Source: Sphingomonas bacterium (GTDB lineage: Bacteria > Pseudomonadota > Alphaproteobacteria > Sphingomonadales > Sphingomonadaceae). Taken from it: 64,000 nt of DNA. A model generated the notes under the pieces. The model was not told where the DNA came from, made no database searches, and worked only from the letters and a program-made list of their open reading frames with translations. Below are positions 38,028 to 47,702 of the stretch, piece after piece. The stretch is from assembly GCA_040006055.1 (NCBI GenBank), contig JBDTXU010000069.1, positions 4,976 to 68,975 on the forward strand, given 5' to 3'. The position numbers and the translations under genes were made by a program. The first letter of the stretch is position 1. Each line of letters begins with the position of its first letter.

Positions 38028-39593
38028 TCACGCGAACGAGCGGATGGTGCGGATCAAGCCGTCGAGGTCGCCGCCTTCGCCGTCTTTGACTGCGGTTTCG
38101 CGCAACCGGCGCGCCCAATCGGCGGCGTCCGCGCAACCGGCAATGCGCTGGATCTCTTCGGTCACCTTGGCGAACTTCGACCGGCCGCGCGTGTGGGTAT
38201 CGGAATAGCCCTTGATCAGGCGCTGGCACTTCAACACCTCGAGCCCGAGTGCGTAGTTGCCGCGCGCCAGTTCGCTGGCCAGGGCGAGCCAGGCGGTGCG
38301 GTGCGCGGTTTCCTCGCGATGGCGGAGCGAAATCCGCCGCAGCCGGCGCAGGCCGCCGACCATATAGAGCACCAGGAACCAGCCCGGTGAATAGGTGCGC
38401 ACGCGCCGTCCCTTGCTGATCCGCCGGTCGAGCCAGGCATAGAGCCGCGGCGTGCTTTTCAGCCACAGCCCCAGCCGTGCCGGGGCCAGGCCGACCATTT
38501 CCTCCAGGCGCGGGTGCATATATTCGGTAGTGGCGAAGACCTGACCCGCGCGCAGGCCGATTTCCTGCTCGATCCGGCGATGCCGCGCGGCGCGAGTCTT
38601 GAGATCAGCAACCCGCACGACATCGTCATAGGCCATGGCATTGGCAAGATATTTGGCGGCGTTGACACTCAGTGCGAAGCCGTGTTCCGCGCCACCGAGA
38701 TCGCGGTCGAGCTGATGGATCGCCTCGAGCGCGGACAGGTATTCCGCCCCATAGGCCAGGTCCTGAAAGTCTGTCACCTTGGCCAGGCCCGCGCGCGCCA
38801 TGGACGCGACCTCGGCCGGCAGTCCGCCTTCGAGGCGCGCCAGCAGGGCCGCGGCGCGCGGTGAGAGGGCATTGTCATCACCCGGAGCGAAGTTTGGCAG
38901 TTCAACAGCTGCCTGCTTTGCAACGTCCGGACCGTCTTTCACGCGCGAATAGGCGGAGTCGAAGGTCTTGATGCTCGCGGTCACGCCCTTGCCATCGGCT
39001 TTGATCACCGCGTGATATAGATCGACCGCGAAGGGCAAGCTGCCCGATGCCGCCAAAGCGCCGAACATCGCAGAGGAGATGACGCTGCCATTCGCCGCGG
39101 CCATGGCGTTCATGTCGAAGATGATGCTGCGCTTGGCGGTGCGGCCGATTGCCTCGGCGACGACGCCGCTATCGGCAATGCCTTCGCCGGGCGCACTTTT
39201 TTCCGAAATCGCGAAAGAACGGTGGGACGAGGCGATGAGCGTGGTTCGTTCGGGCGTGACGATTCCGCGAAGGACCGAACGACCGGCCTCGATGAATTCA
39301 GAGGCGATCACCACGTCGACATCGCCGGGGGTGGGCATCTGGGCCAGGATCGGGACCTGCTCATCGCGCGGTTTCATCATTTCCACATAGTAGATCGTCG
39401 CGCCGGTACGCTGCGCAACGCCCGGAACCGAGGTGGACTGGGCTACCCAGCCGGCATCTTCCGCCAATTTGACGATCCATCCGGTTAGCACGCCGCCGCC
39501 CTGGCCGCCCATGGCGACAATCGCGATCGCGATCGGACGCTCGGTCGCTTCGCCGCCCGCCGCGAGGCGCAGTCTGACAGTCTCGTTGCGCAT
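38028..39593 (-). CDS. iorB: Indolepyruvate oxidoreductase beta-family subunit
   Basis: AMGGQGGG, TSVPGVAQRTGATIYY, MAYDDVVRVADLK, LIKGYSDT. Confidence 0.9.
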   Translation of the reverse strand: MRNETVRLRLAAGGEATERPIAIAIVAMGGQGGGVLTGWIVKLAEDAGWVAQSTSVPGVAQRTGATIYYVEMMKPRDEQVPILAQMPTPGDVDVVIASEFIEAGRSVLRGIVTPERTTLIASSHRSFAISEKSAPGEGIADSGVVAEAIGRTAKRSIIFDMNAMAAANGSVISSAMFGALAASGSLPFAVDLYHAVIKADGKGVTASIKTFDSAYSRVKDGPDVAKQAAVELPNFAPGDDNALSPRAAALLARLEGGLPAEVASMARAGLAKVTDFQDLAYGAEYLSALEAIHQLDRDLGGAEHGFALSVNAAKYLANAMAYDDVVRVADLKTRAARHRRIEQEIGLRAGQVFATTEYMHPRLEEMVGLAPARLGLWLKSTPRLYAWLDRRISKGRRVRTYSPGWFLVLYMVGGLRRLRRISLRHREETAHRTAWLALASELARGNYALGLEVLKCQRLIKGYSDTHTRGRSKFAKVTEEIQRIAGCADAADWARRLRETAVKDGEGGDLDGLIRTIRSFA

Positions 39594-41749
39594 CAGGCCG
39601 GCTCCATCACGATCCGCCGCCGCTCGCGGCGATCCTGCAGCGCGCGCACCAGCACCATGGCCGTCCGTGTCTTGAAGCGATCCCACCGGGTCGGGTTGTG
39701 GATGATGTCGGCGCGGTAGAACGAAGGGCACAATACTGCCGCTTCCGACACTTCGCCGCAGTTGCCGCAGCCGACACAGGAATTGTCGATCGCGGCCACC
39801 GGATCGTCGCGTAGCGGATCGTCGAGATACTTGACCGAGAGCGAGGGACAGCCCGAGAGGCGGATGCAGGCGTGATCGCCCGTGCACACGTCTTCATCGA
39901 CCCCGAAGCGCTGCGTGATCACGCGTTTGCCGCCGTTGACCGCCTTGGCCTGGAGCGGGCGCTCGCGCCGCTGCTTGTTGAGCATGCATTCGGAGGAGGC
40001 GATGATGATCTTGGGGCCTTCCTCCTTGGTCGTCAGCGCCTCGGTCAGCACACGCTTCATCTCGCCGACATCGTATGTGCGATCGACTTCGCGAACCCAG
40101 GTCGCGCCGACGCCGCGCACTGCCTTTTCGATCGGGTTGTTGGTCTTGCGGGCCTTGTTTGGCGCGCGCGACGAAAGAATGTCCTGCCCACCGGTGGCGG
40201 AGGAATAGAAGTTGTCGACGATCAGGAAGACGCCGTCATGCTTGTTGTAGACGGCGTTGCCGATCCCGCTGGTCAAGCCGTTATGCCAGAAGCCGCCATC
40301 GCCCATCACCGCGATCGAGCGCTTGCCGGTGCTGCGGCTGAAGGCCGAGGCCGAGGCCGCGCCCAGGCCGAAGCCCATCGTCGTGTTCCCGAGGTTGAAC
40401 GGCGGCAGGATCGAGAACAGGTGGCAGCCGATGTCGGCCGAGATATGATGTTCGCCAAGATCCTGCTGGACCAGCTTCATCGCCGCGAAGATCGGTCGTT
40501 CCGGGCAACCGGTGCACAGCCCCGGCGGGCGCGCGGGGACCGCGGACTTAAGCCGCTCCACTTCCGGCAGCGCCAGTACCGGCCCGGCATCGGGGCGGGG
40601 AGGGCGGTTGCCGAGCAGGCGTGGATCGGCCTGCTCGAAGAAGATCTCGAACCCTTCAAGCAGGGCCTGAACTGAATAGTCCCCGCCCATCGGAAGGACA
40701 TCCTTGCCGTAGATCCGCGCCGTCAGTCCGCTGCGGCGCAGGACGGTGTTGAGCGCCTGTTCGAGATATTCGGGCTGGCCTTCTTCGACCATCAGGACCG
40801 CATCCTTGCCCCGCGCGAATTCTTCGACTTCGCTGTCGATCACCGGATAGGTGACGTTCATCACGTAAAGCGGGACCTGCGTATTGCCATAAGCATCGGA
40901 CAGGCCGAGATACTGAAGGGCGCGGATGACGTTGTTGTACATGCCCCCCTGCAGGACGATCCCGACCTTGCCTTCTGCTGGCCCGAACCATTCGTTGAAA
41001 CGATGCTGCCGAATGAACCGGATCGCCGCGGGGAGACGGCGATGGATCTTTTCCTGTTCGTGTTCATAGGCTGCTGGCGGCAGGACGATCCTGGCGAGAT
41101 CGCGCCGCGGCGCATTGAGCGCGTCGTCCAGGGTGAAGATCGGGCGAACATTGTCCTTGGCCACGAAGCTGCCGTGCATATGGCAGGTGCGCACCCGTAC
41201 TTCGAGCATGACCGGCGTGTTGGACGCTTCGGACAGCTGGAAACCCTTTTCGATCAGGTCGACGATGCGGCCATGGTCGGGACGCGGATCGAGCAGCCAC
41301 ATCTGCGATTTCATCGCGAAGGCATGCGTGCGTTCCTGCATGATCGAGGAGCCTTCGCCATAATCCTCGCCGATGATCACCATGGCCCCGCCGGTCACGC
41401 CTCCCGAGGCGAGGTTGGCGAGGGCATCAGATGCAACGTTGGTCCCGACTGTTGATTTCCAGGCCACCGCGCCACGCAGCGGATACATCACCGAGGCCGA
41501 GAGCATGGCCGCAGCCGTTGCCTCGTTCGCCGAGCTCTGGAAGTTGACGCCCAGCTCGCCGAGGATGTCCTGCGCGTCGGACAGCACGTCCATCAGGTGC
41601 GAGATCGGCGAGCCCTGATAGCCGCCGACATAGGACACCCCGGCCTGCAGCAGGCCTTTGGTGATCGCCAGGATCGCCTCGCCGCGGAAGACTTCGCCTT
41701 CCCCGATGCGCAGTTGCTCGACTTCCTTGGCAAATGATCGCTCGGCCAT
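39593..41749 (-). CDS. iorA: Indolepyruvate ferredoxin oxidoreductase alpha subunit
   Basis: GYQGSP, RPPGLCTGCPER, DIGCH, GDGGFWHNG, C-terminal CVGCGNC ferredoxin motif. Confidence 0.93.
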   Translation of the reverse strand: MAERSFAKEVEQLRIGEGEVFRGEAILAITKGLLQAGVSYVGGYQGSPISHLMDVLSDAQDILGELGVNFQSSANEATAAAMLSASVMYPLRGAVAWKSTVGTNVASDALANLASGGVTGGAMVIIGEDYGEGSSIMQERTHAFAMKSQMWLLDPRPDHGRIVDLIEKGFQLSEASNTPVMLEVRVRTCHMHGSFVAKDNVRPIFTLDDALNAPRRDLARIVLPPAAYEHEQEKIHRRLPAAIRFIRQHRFNEWFGPAEGKVGIVLQGGMYNNVIRALQYLGLSDAYGNTQVPLYVMNVTYPVIDSEVEEFARGKDAVLMVEEGQPEYLEQALNTVLRRSGLTARIYGKDVLPMGGDYSVQALLEGFEIFFEQADPRLLGNRPPRPDAGPVLALPEVERLKSAVPARPPGLCTGCPERPIFAAMKLVQQDLGEHHISADIGCHLFSILPPFNLGNTTMGFGLGAASASAFSRSTGKRSIAVMGDGGFWHNGLTSGIGNAVYNKHDGVFLIVDNFYSSATGGQDILSSRAPNKARKTNNPIEKAVRGVGATWVREVDRTYDVGEMKRVLTEALTTKEEGPKIIIASSECMLNKQRRERPLQAKAVNGGKRVITQRFGVDEDVCTGDHACIRLSGCPSLSVKYLDDPLRDDPVAAIDNSCVGCGNCGEVSEAAVLCPSFYRADIIHNPTRWDRFKTRTAMVLVRALQDRRERRRIVMEPA

Positions 41750-41796
41750 CACAATCCCCATAATCTATGCATTTGCATACATTATGGGGATTGTGA
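41749..41796. promoter_or_regulatory. 48-bp near-perfect palindrome over the iorA promoter and RBS
   Basis: TCACAATCCCCATAAT-C-TATGCA-TT-TGCATA-C-ATTATGGGGATTGTGA; minus-strand -35 TTGACT adjacent (41802..41797). Confidence 0.8.
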
Positions 41797-41815
41797 AGTC
41801 AATCGATCCGGGCGC

Positions 41816-43135
41816 TCAGGCGACGTCGAGGGTGATCTGTTGTGCGTTCATGGAAAAGCCGGGCATGTACCGGCGCAGGATCGCGGCCTCTATCGTGGTG
41901 CGTTCATGGGCGTCGCGCGCTTTGCTCATCTCCGCATCGACCAGCGCCTCGTCGCGGCCAAATTCCCTAATCCCGGCAAGGTCCGCCCAGACCAGCCAGA
42001 AGGACTTGCCATCGGGCGCAATCCATCCCGGCGCGATCTGCGGGGCATAGGCGCGCGCGCTCGCATTGCCGCCTGGGGTCCAGGCCCGATCCTCGTGGAT
42101 CTGGCGCCACGGCCCCCAGGGCTGGGCCGCAACCCACAGTCCGAGATAGCTCGGCTTGCCGAATTCGGTGCCGTCCGGCGCGCAGCCGATCCCCGCGCTG
42201 CTCATCATGTAAAGCCCCAGCGCCTCGTTCCAGACCACGCTGGGTAGCCAGGATTCGACTACGAGATCGCCCGGGAACAGATTGGTATAATTGACCCAGC
42301 CGCGCGGGAAGGTGTGGACGGGCCGGCGTACAGCTATATCGGCTGACCAGTTCGCACTGCCGTCGCGCCGCCGTCCGGCAAAAAAGCGATAGGCCGAACG
42401 GTCATGCACGCGGTCCTTGGGCACCCTGAACATCACGAGCTGGTTCATCAGTCCGTCAACGCTGCCGTTGAGCCCGTAGACATAGACATAACCGTCACGG
42501 TTCGAGGCGTAGGTCTGGCCCTGCTGGAGAAAGCTGAGCAGCGAGAAACAGCCATCGGGTTCGTTGAAGAAGGGAAAATGTGCCTGCGATTGTGCCTTCC
42601 AGTCTTCCCAGACGACCGGGCTCGAGCCATCGCCATTGCACCATGTCGCGCCCCCGTCGGACGAACGGATCAGCTTAGCCCCGGTCCAGCGCCGCGGCCG
42701 GTCTTCGGCGTGATCCAGTGTGGCCAGGAACTGGTAGAGGTTCGCACCGATGGCGATCACACCGTGGCCGTAATAGGATGGCGCGCCTTCGGGCCGGGCG
42801 GCGCGATCGACGATGGGATAGCCGTCAAGCTGGGCGAAACGGGCCCTGGTCGGCGGTCCCTCCACCGTCCACAGGCGGGTGGTGAAGAAGGTTGCCGGGG
42901 GCGGCGCCCACCCCGGTCCGTCGTTGACGACTGCGATCTGCCGGCCATCCGCGGCAAGCGTCATCTTGTAGCCATCGCCCAGGCCGCCCAAGTGCATGAG
43001 GGTGCCATCGAGGCGCTGCGCCCCGCGCACCACCGCCGTCCCGCGCGGGCGCGACGCAAAGGCGAGTGGACAGCCCATATTCGCTGCAATGCCGAGCGCC
43101 AGGGCCTGGCCCAGAAATTCGCGTCTGCGGTTCAT
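41816..43135 (-). CDS. Tat-exported DUF4185-like beta-propeller protein
   Basis: MNRRREFL twin-arginine leader; RSSDGGATW; DGYVYVYG, PSVVWN, PWGPW, YAPQI. Confidence 0.7.
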   Translation of the reverse strand: MNRRREFLGQALALGIAANMGCPLAFASRPRGTAVVRGAQRLDGTLMHLGGLGDGYKMTLAADGRQIAVVNDGPGWAPPPATFFTTRLWTVEGPPTRARFAQLDGYPIVDRAARPEGAPSYYGHGVIAIGANLYQFLATLDHAEDRPRRWTGAKLIRSSDGGATWCNGDGSSPVVWEDWKAQSQAHFPFFNEPDGCFSLLSFLQQGQTYASNRDGYVYVYGLNGSVDGLMNQLVMFRVPKDRVHDRSAYRFFAGRRRDGSANWSADIAVRRPVHTFPRGWVNYTNLFPGDLVVESWLPSVVWNEALGLYMMSSAGIGCAPDGTEFGKPSYLGLWVAAQPWGPWRQIHEDRAWTPGGNASARAYAPQIAPGWIAPDGKSFWLVWADLAGIREFGRDEALVDAEMSKARDAHERTTIEAAILRRYMPGFSMNAQQITLDVA

Positions 43136-43191
43136 TCTTGACCTTCCCCGGCCTGGGCCGCGACGCGCTGGCACCGGTCCTGACGGCGCGG

Positions 43192-44019
43192 CTATTTGAC
43201 CTCGTCGCCGGTCTTCATTTCGACCGTGCCGTCGGCGCCGACCTTGAACAGCGGATCCTCCCGATCGCAGAAATACTCCTGGATGACGTAGTTCGGGTTG
43301 CGCTTGTAGCCATAGGTGAACCGGTAGGGCTCGCGCAGCGTCTTGGGATCCTCGATGGTGATCGCATCTTCCATCTGGTCTGGCGCGGTCAACCGAATCC
43401 GTTCGGTGATGACCATCTCCAGGCTGTGCGGAATCTCGAAGAACCGGACGTCTTCCTTTACGCCCCTGGTGGTCACGACCAGGGTGCCGCCTTCCCACTT
43501 GCCGACGGAATACCCATAATAATCCGGGTTCAGATCGTCGAGCGCCTTCATCGGACGATCGAGATAGATGCGCCGGGTTTGCGTGAGGAATTCGCCCAGC
43601 ACCGTCACGCGTCCCGGGGTCTGAAGGAATTCGAGCGGAAAGATCGCGCCCATGATCGAAGGCATGCCTTCGGGCTGGCATTTCGTGCTGGGATCAACAA
43701 GCGGTGTGCCGGCCTTGAGCATGGCGTCTCGCTTGTCGCGCAACGCCTTCCATTGGGTCGCATAGGGCTCTTTGAGCTTGGGATCATCGCCGGGCACGGG
43801 CAGCTCGAGAAATGTGTTCGCGTCGCCTGCGAACGGATCGGGATAGATTTCCCAGACGCCGGTAATATTCGGCTCGCTCGCCGACGCAGCGCTTGCCGCG
43901 ACGCGAGAAGGCGCGGGGGGTACAGCCGCTGCCGGATCCCTGGCCTGAACTGCGGCGCAGGCACTAAACGAGATTGCCGCCGCGGAAAGCACCGCAAGCT
44001 TTGTTCTATGCACTATCAT
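43192..44019 (-). CDS. Uncharacterised secreted protein (DUF6152-associated type)
   Basis: Signal peptide; ITGVW, C-x-P-x-GMP, RRIYLD, GYSVGKWEG.TLVV.T, IEDP, EYFC; RBS GGAG. Confidence 0.75.
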   Translation of the reverse strand: MIVHRTKLAVLSAAAISFSACAAVQARDPAAAVPPAPSRVAASAASASEPNITGVWEIYPDPFAGDANTFLELPVPGDDPKLKEPYATQWKALRDKRDAMLKAGTPLVDPSTKCQPEGMPSIMGAIFPLEFLQTPGRVTVLGEFLTQTRRIYLDRPMKALDDLNPDYYGYSVGKWEGGTLVVTTRGVKEDVRFFEIPHSLEMVITERIRLTAPDQMEDAITIEDPKTLREPYRFTYGYKRNPNYVIQEYFCDREDPLFKVGADGTVEMKTGDEVK

Positions 44020-44082
44020 GTCTCCATCCTGGGCGGTCCGGCTGGCCAGGTTTCACCCTTCTGTCAGTGTGTCAGGGCCTGA

Positions 44083-44469
44083 TCACCAGGCTTTGAGGAC
44101 GCGGCCATCGGCAACCTTGATGGTCTTGAGCATCCCGCCCGGCTTGCCGCCTCGCAGCGGGTAGAAGGTCAGGTCGACCTTATCGCCCGCCTTGAGCGTG
44201 TTGTACTTCCAGCCGCCCTGGCTCATCATGTTCACGCTGCTGCACTCCAGGACATAGCGGGTTACATTCCCGCCTTCCTGCACGTTGACCACAATGAACG
44301 AGTGCGGATTGGTGAACCGGAATTCGGCAACGGTAGCCCGGTTCTTTTCGATGATCTTGGTCTGATCGAACATCGCGAACGAATGATGGGCAAGCGCCGG
44401 GCCCGCGAAGGCCGTGGCGAGCGCACAGACACCGGCGATCGTTGCGACTGTCTTTGCAAAACGCTTCAT
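44083..44469 (-). CDS. DUF6152-like small periplasmic protein
   Basis: Signal peptide ending PALA, then HHSFAMFD; NPHS; LKAGDKV; RBS GGAG. Confidence 0.8.
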   Translation of the reverse strand: MKRFAKTVATIAGVCALATAFAGPALAHHSFAMFDQTKIIEKNRATVAEFRFTNPHSFIVVNVQEGGNVTRYVLECSSVNMMSQGGWKYNTLKAGDKVDLTFYPLRGGKPGGMLKTIKVADGRVLKAW

Positions 44470-44604
44470 TCTACCACTCCATCTGGTGCGGCCATCCAAC
44501 CGGGCGGCAGCTGCGAGCAGGAGCACCTTGGGCTGGAGGCGGCCGACACGACTGCTTCGATGTCCCGCCTTTACCCGGGCCGCGGCGGTGGCGAAGGCGG
44601 TTAC

Positions 44605-44621
44605 AGTTGTGAAACCGTTAC
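44605..44621 (-). promoter_or_regulatory. Putative regulator site GTAACGGTTTCACAACT
   Basis: 15/17 identical to 11320..11336; flanked by further GTAAC units. Confidence 0.5.
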
Positions 44622-44795
44622 GTTACGAGTATCAACATCTTGAAATAGCTATGATTTGGCCGAAGTGCGGATTGGCATCCGCACGCGGATGCCGGGTAAT
44701 GACTGTTGCGATTGCCGTGACGTCACTCGCGTGCTGGGTGTTACGGATTTGATATTATATGTTGCAAATACGCCCTATTGTTGCAACTTTGAAAT

Positions 44796-46154
44796 ATGCA
44801 CAAGAATGGTGTTTCCGAGAGCCCACTCCACACGGCAGATTATAGCGCACGCCTCCTTGCTGCGGCGCAAGTGGCGCGCGCCGCTCTCGAAGGTGGCCGT
44901 TCGGATCGCTTGTTGCGGTTGTTCAACCATCTGCTGGACCGAACCTTGGCTGGCGAATCGCCTTCCGAACAGGAGATTGCCCAGAAAGCCTTCGGTGACG
45001 ACGGTTTCACCGGAAACGGGCAGGACGCGAACGTGCGCGTCTATATGTATCGCCTGCGCAAGGCTCTTGATGCCGCCTTCGCGGGAACGGCCGAACCGAA
45101 GCTCCACATTCCCTTGGGCGAGTACAGAATCCGCCTGGTCGGGGACGAAATGGGGGACGGCTGGCATGCGGCGAAGACCGGCGTCGATGTGCCGGGACGG
45201 GCCGTTTCGCGGCGGCGGTATTTGCGTATCGCGGCATTGATAGCGGCTGCACTCGCCATCGCGCTTCTCGGCTGGTCGTGGCCGGGCCGCACACCCCCGC
45301 CGCTGGCCCAGACCCTGGCATGGGAATCGCTCTACCAGAACGACCGGCCGCTGATCATCGTCGTTGGCGACTATTACCTGTTTGCGAAGCTCGATACGCT
45401 GGCCAAGGCGCCTGGCGCGCCGCCGCAGCTGGTGTGGGACAAGGGGGTGCCGACCCGCGAGGATCTGACGATCCTGCAGATCCTTTCTCCCGCGACGGCG
45501 GACGCGGTGGTGGATTACAACCAGCAGTTCGTAAGCGGCGGTACGATCGAAGCGCTGTCCGATATCAGGGCAGACTTTGCCCGGTTGCCGGCGCTCCGGC
45601 GTCGTACGCTGAAACTTGTCGCGGCCTCGCAGCTCACGCCGGAAATGCTCAAATCGTCCGACATCATCTATATCGGCCAATTCAGCGGGATGAGCGCCCT
45701 GTTGCGCGATCCGCTGGCACAGGCCTCGGCGTTCCGGATCAATCCCGGCTTCGATGGACTGACCGACAAGACCAGCGCGACCCGTTATCAATCCGACGGC
45801 ATGGTGCTGACCGATGAACGGATTGCCCGGCGCGATTTTGCCTATCTGGCAAGCCTGCCGGGCCCGTCCGGCAATCGGCTGCTGGTGATCGCCGGACTGG
45901 GCGATGCCGGGGTCAAGGAAGCGGCACAGATGGCCGGTGACCTCCAGCAAATGACGCGCCTCACGCTTGACCCGGGTCTGCGGCGCAATGGTTTCGAAGC
46001 GCTGTACCGGGTTCGCACGATCAAGGAAGTGAATGTCGGCGCAACGCTCATTGTCAACCGCCCGCTGCGCTCGGGCGGGATCTGGGACAATGCCGGCAAC
46101 GTCCCGGCCTACCACCCAATCGACTCCAGGCCGCCGCCTGCGGAGAAGCCGTGA
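44796..46154 (+). CDS. Membrane-anchored transcription factor (winged HTH + TM + periplasmic domain)
   Basis: EIAQKAFG..DANVRVYMYRLRKAL..IPLGEYR wHTH; one TM; C-terminal domain shared with 47703..48938. Confidence 0.8.
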   Translation: MHKNGVSESPLHTADYSARLLAAAQVARAALEGGRSDRLLRLFNHLLDRTLAGESPSEQEIAQKAFGDDGFTGNGQDANVRVYMYRLRKALDAAFAGTAEPKLHIPLGEYRIRLVGDEMGDGWHAAKTGVDVPGRAVSRRRYLRIAALIAAALAIALLGWSWPGRTPPPLAQTLAWESLYQNDRPLIIVVGDYYLFAKLDTLAKAPGAPPQLVWDKGVPTREDLTILQILSPATADAVVDYNQQFVSGGTIEALSDIRADFARLPALRRRTLKLVAASQLTPEMLKSSDIIYIGQFSGMSALLRDPLAQASAFRINPGFDGLTDKTSATRYQSDGMVLTDERIARRDFAYLASLPGPSGNRLLVIAGLGDAGVKEAAQMAGDLQQMTRLTLDPGLRRNGFEALYRVRTIKEVNVGATLIVNRPLRSGGIWDNAGNVPAYHPIDSRPPPAEKP

Positions 46155-46241
46155 AGGAAAGCCCGCGCGCCGTCCGCAACTAGAAACAATCTGGCCGTTT
46201 CGGCAATGTCGATTTGCACCGATTTTCGGCACACCTCGGGC

Positions 46242-47642
46242 ATGAATCAAGGCAAGCTCGCGCCTTTGCTCCTCGCGCTGGCGGTTTTGGCGCCGGTCGC
46301 CGCATCGGCCGATCCGGTGGAAGATCTGATTCGGGCGGAAATGGCGCGCAGCCAGACTCCGGGCGTTGCGGTCGCCGTGGTCGAGCGGGGCCATATCGTT
46401 CGCGTGCAGGGATTTGGTGAGGCCAATGTCGAGGATGGTGCCCCCGTTCGTGCCGATACCCTGTTCAAGACCGGTGCCACCGGCATGCAATTCACTGCCG
46501 CAGCGGTCATGCTGCTGGTCGAAGACGGCAAGATCGAACTCGATGCGCCGGTGACGCGCTACCTGCCTAAGGCGCCGGCCAAGTGGAGCAGTGTGACGAT
46601 CCGCGCGTTGCTCGATCACACCTCGGGCCTGCCGGCGACGCCAAACGGCGATTTTCGCGCCGATTACACCAATGCGCAGCTGCTGGACATCATTGCCGGG
46701 CAGGATCTGAACTTCCCCGCCGCTTCGCGCTGGCGCTTCAGCTATGCCGGTTACATCGTGCTCGGTTTCGTGATCGAACAAGTAACCGGCGAGCACTGGA
46801 CGCGATTCATGGCGCACCGGCTCTTCGAGCCCCTGGGCATGCGGTCGGCGCGGGGCATCGACGAGCTGGCGATCGTTCCCAATCGCGCGGCGGGTTACGA
46901 ACTGCGCGAGCATGTCCTGCGCAATGCGGAATGGGTTTCAACTACCGCCAACTCGACCGCCGATGGTTCGCTCTATCTGTCGGCGCTCGACTACGCGGCC
47001 TGGGCCCAGGCCGTTTCCCAGCGGCGCCTGCTGAGCGGGGCGTCATGGGATCTGCTCTCGCGGCCCGTTCGCCTTGGCAACGGCGCCGTCTGTTCCTGCC
47101 TGCCGGGCTGGTCGCTCAGCACGACCGGAGCGGACTTGGCCTGGTGGCAATCGGGCAGCTGGCAGGGCTTCCAGACCTTTACTCTGCGCTACCCCGCCCG
47201 GGACCTGACGGTGTCGGTCTATGCCAATGGCGAGAACGCCGACGTGCAGCATCTGGCGCGCGGCATTGCCGGCCTGACGGATCCCGCGCTGGCGGGAGCG
47301 CCGGCCATGCCGCGCGCGGACGCCGATCCGGCGGTCACGGTGAAGGCCAGGAACCTGATCGGAGTCATTGCGGCGGGCCGCGCCAGCCAGGCGGATTTCG
47401 CCGATTTTGCCAAGCTCGATTTCGCCGAGCTGACTGCGCAATATGCCGGGATGCTCGCCGCGCTGGGGCCGCTTTGGGATTTCGAGCTGTTCGACCGCGC
47501 TGCGCGCTGCGCCGAAACCACCTACCGCTATCGCGCCCGCTACGCCAAAGGCGTGGTCGAGGTGCGTCTGGGCCTGGGCGCGAACGGTAAGGTCACCAAT
47601 CTCGAGATCGTTCCGCTCAGCGACTGGAATGAGCCGCTCTAG
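46242..47642 (+). CDS. Secreted beta-lactamase/serine-hydrolase-fold protein with degenerate active site
   Basis: Signal peptide; PGVAVAVV, LLDHTSGL, LFEPLGM scaffold; SxxK reads ATGM, YxN reads FSY. Confidence 0.85.
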   Translation: MNQGKLAPLLLALAVLAPVAASADPVEDLIRAEMARSQTPGVAVAVVERGHIVRVQGFGEANVEDGAPVRADTLFKTGATGMQFTAAAVMLLVEDGKIELDAPVTRYLPKAPAKWSSVTIRALLDHTSGLPATPNGDFRADYTNAQLLDIIAGQDLNFPAASRWRFSYAGYIVLGFVIEQVTGEHWTRFMAHRLFEPLGMRSARGIDELAIVPNRAAGYELREHVLRNAEWVSTTANSTADGSLYLSALDYAAWAQAVSQRRLLSGASWDLLSRPVRLGNGAVCSCLPGWSLSTTGADLAWWQSGSWQGFQTFTLRYPARDLTVSVYANGENADVQHLARGIAGLTDPALAGAPAMPRADADPAVTVKARNLIGVIAAGRASQADFADFAKLDFAELTAQYAGMLAALGPLWDFELFDRAARCAETTYRYRARYAKGVVEVRLGLGANGKVTNLEIVPLSDWNEPL

Positions 47643-47702
47643 GATGGTCCGCTCGTCATGCGCGGGCACGGCCAGCCCGCCGAGCCGATATGCGCGGTGG
47701 GG

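Noticed and set aside
44775-46913. 712-aa minus-strand ORF and other long antisense ORFs (e.g. 5499..6782, 14689..15951, 33861..35441, 59017..60690)
   Set aside because: Shadows of well-supported genes on the opposite strand in high-GC DNA; no motifs
46242-47642. Antibiotic-resistance beta-lactamase call
   Set aside because: Catalytic Ser, Lys and Tyr are absent
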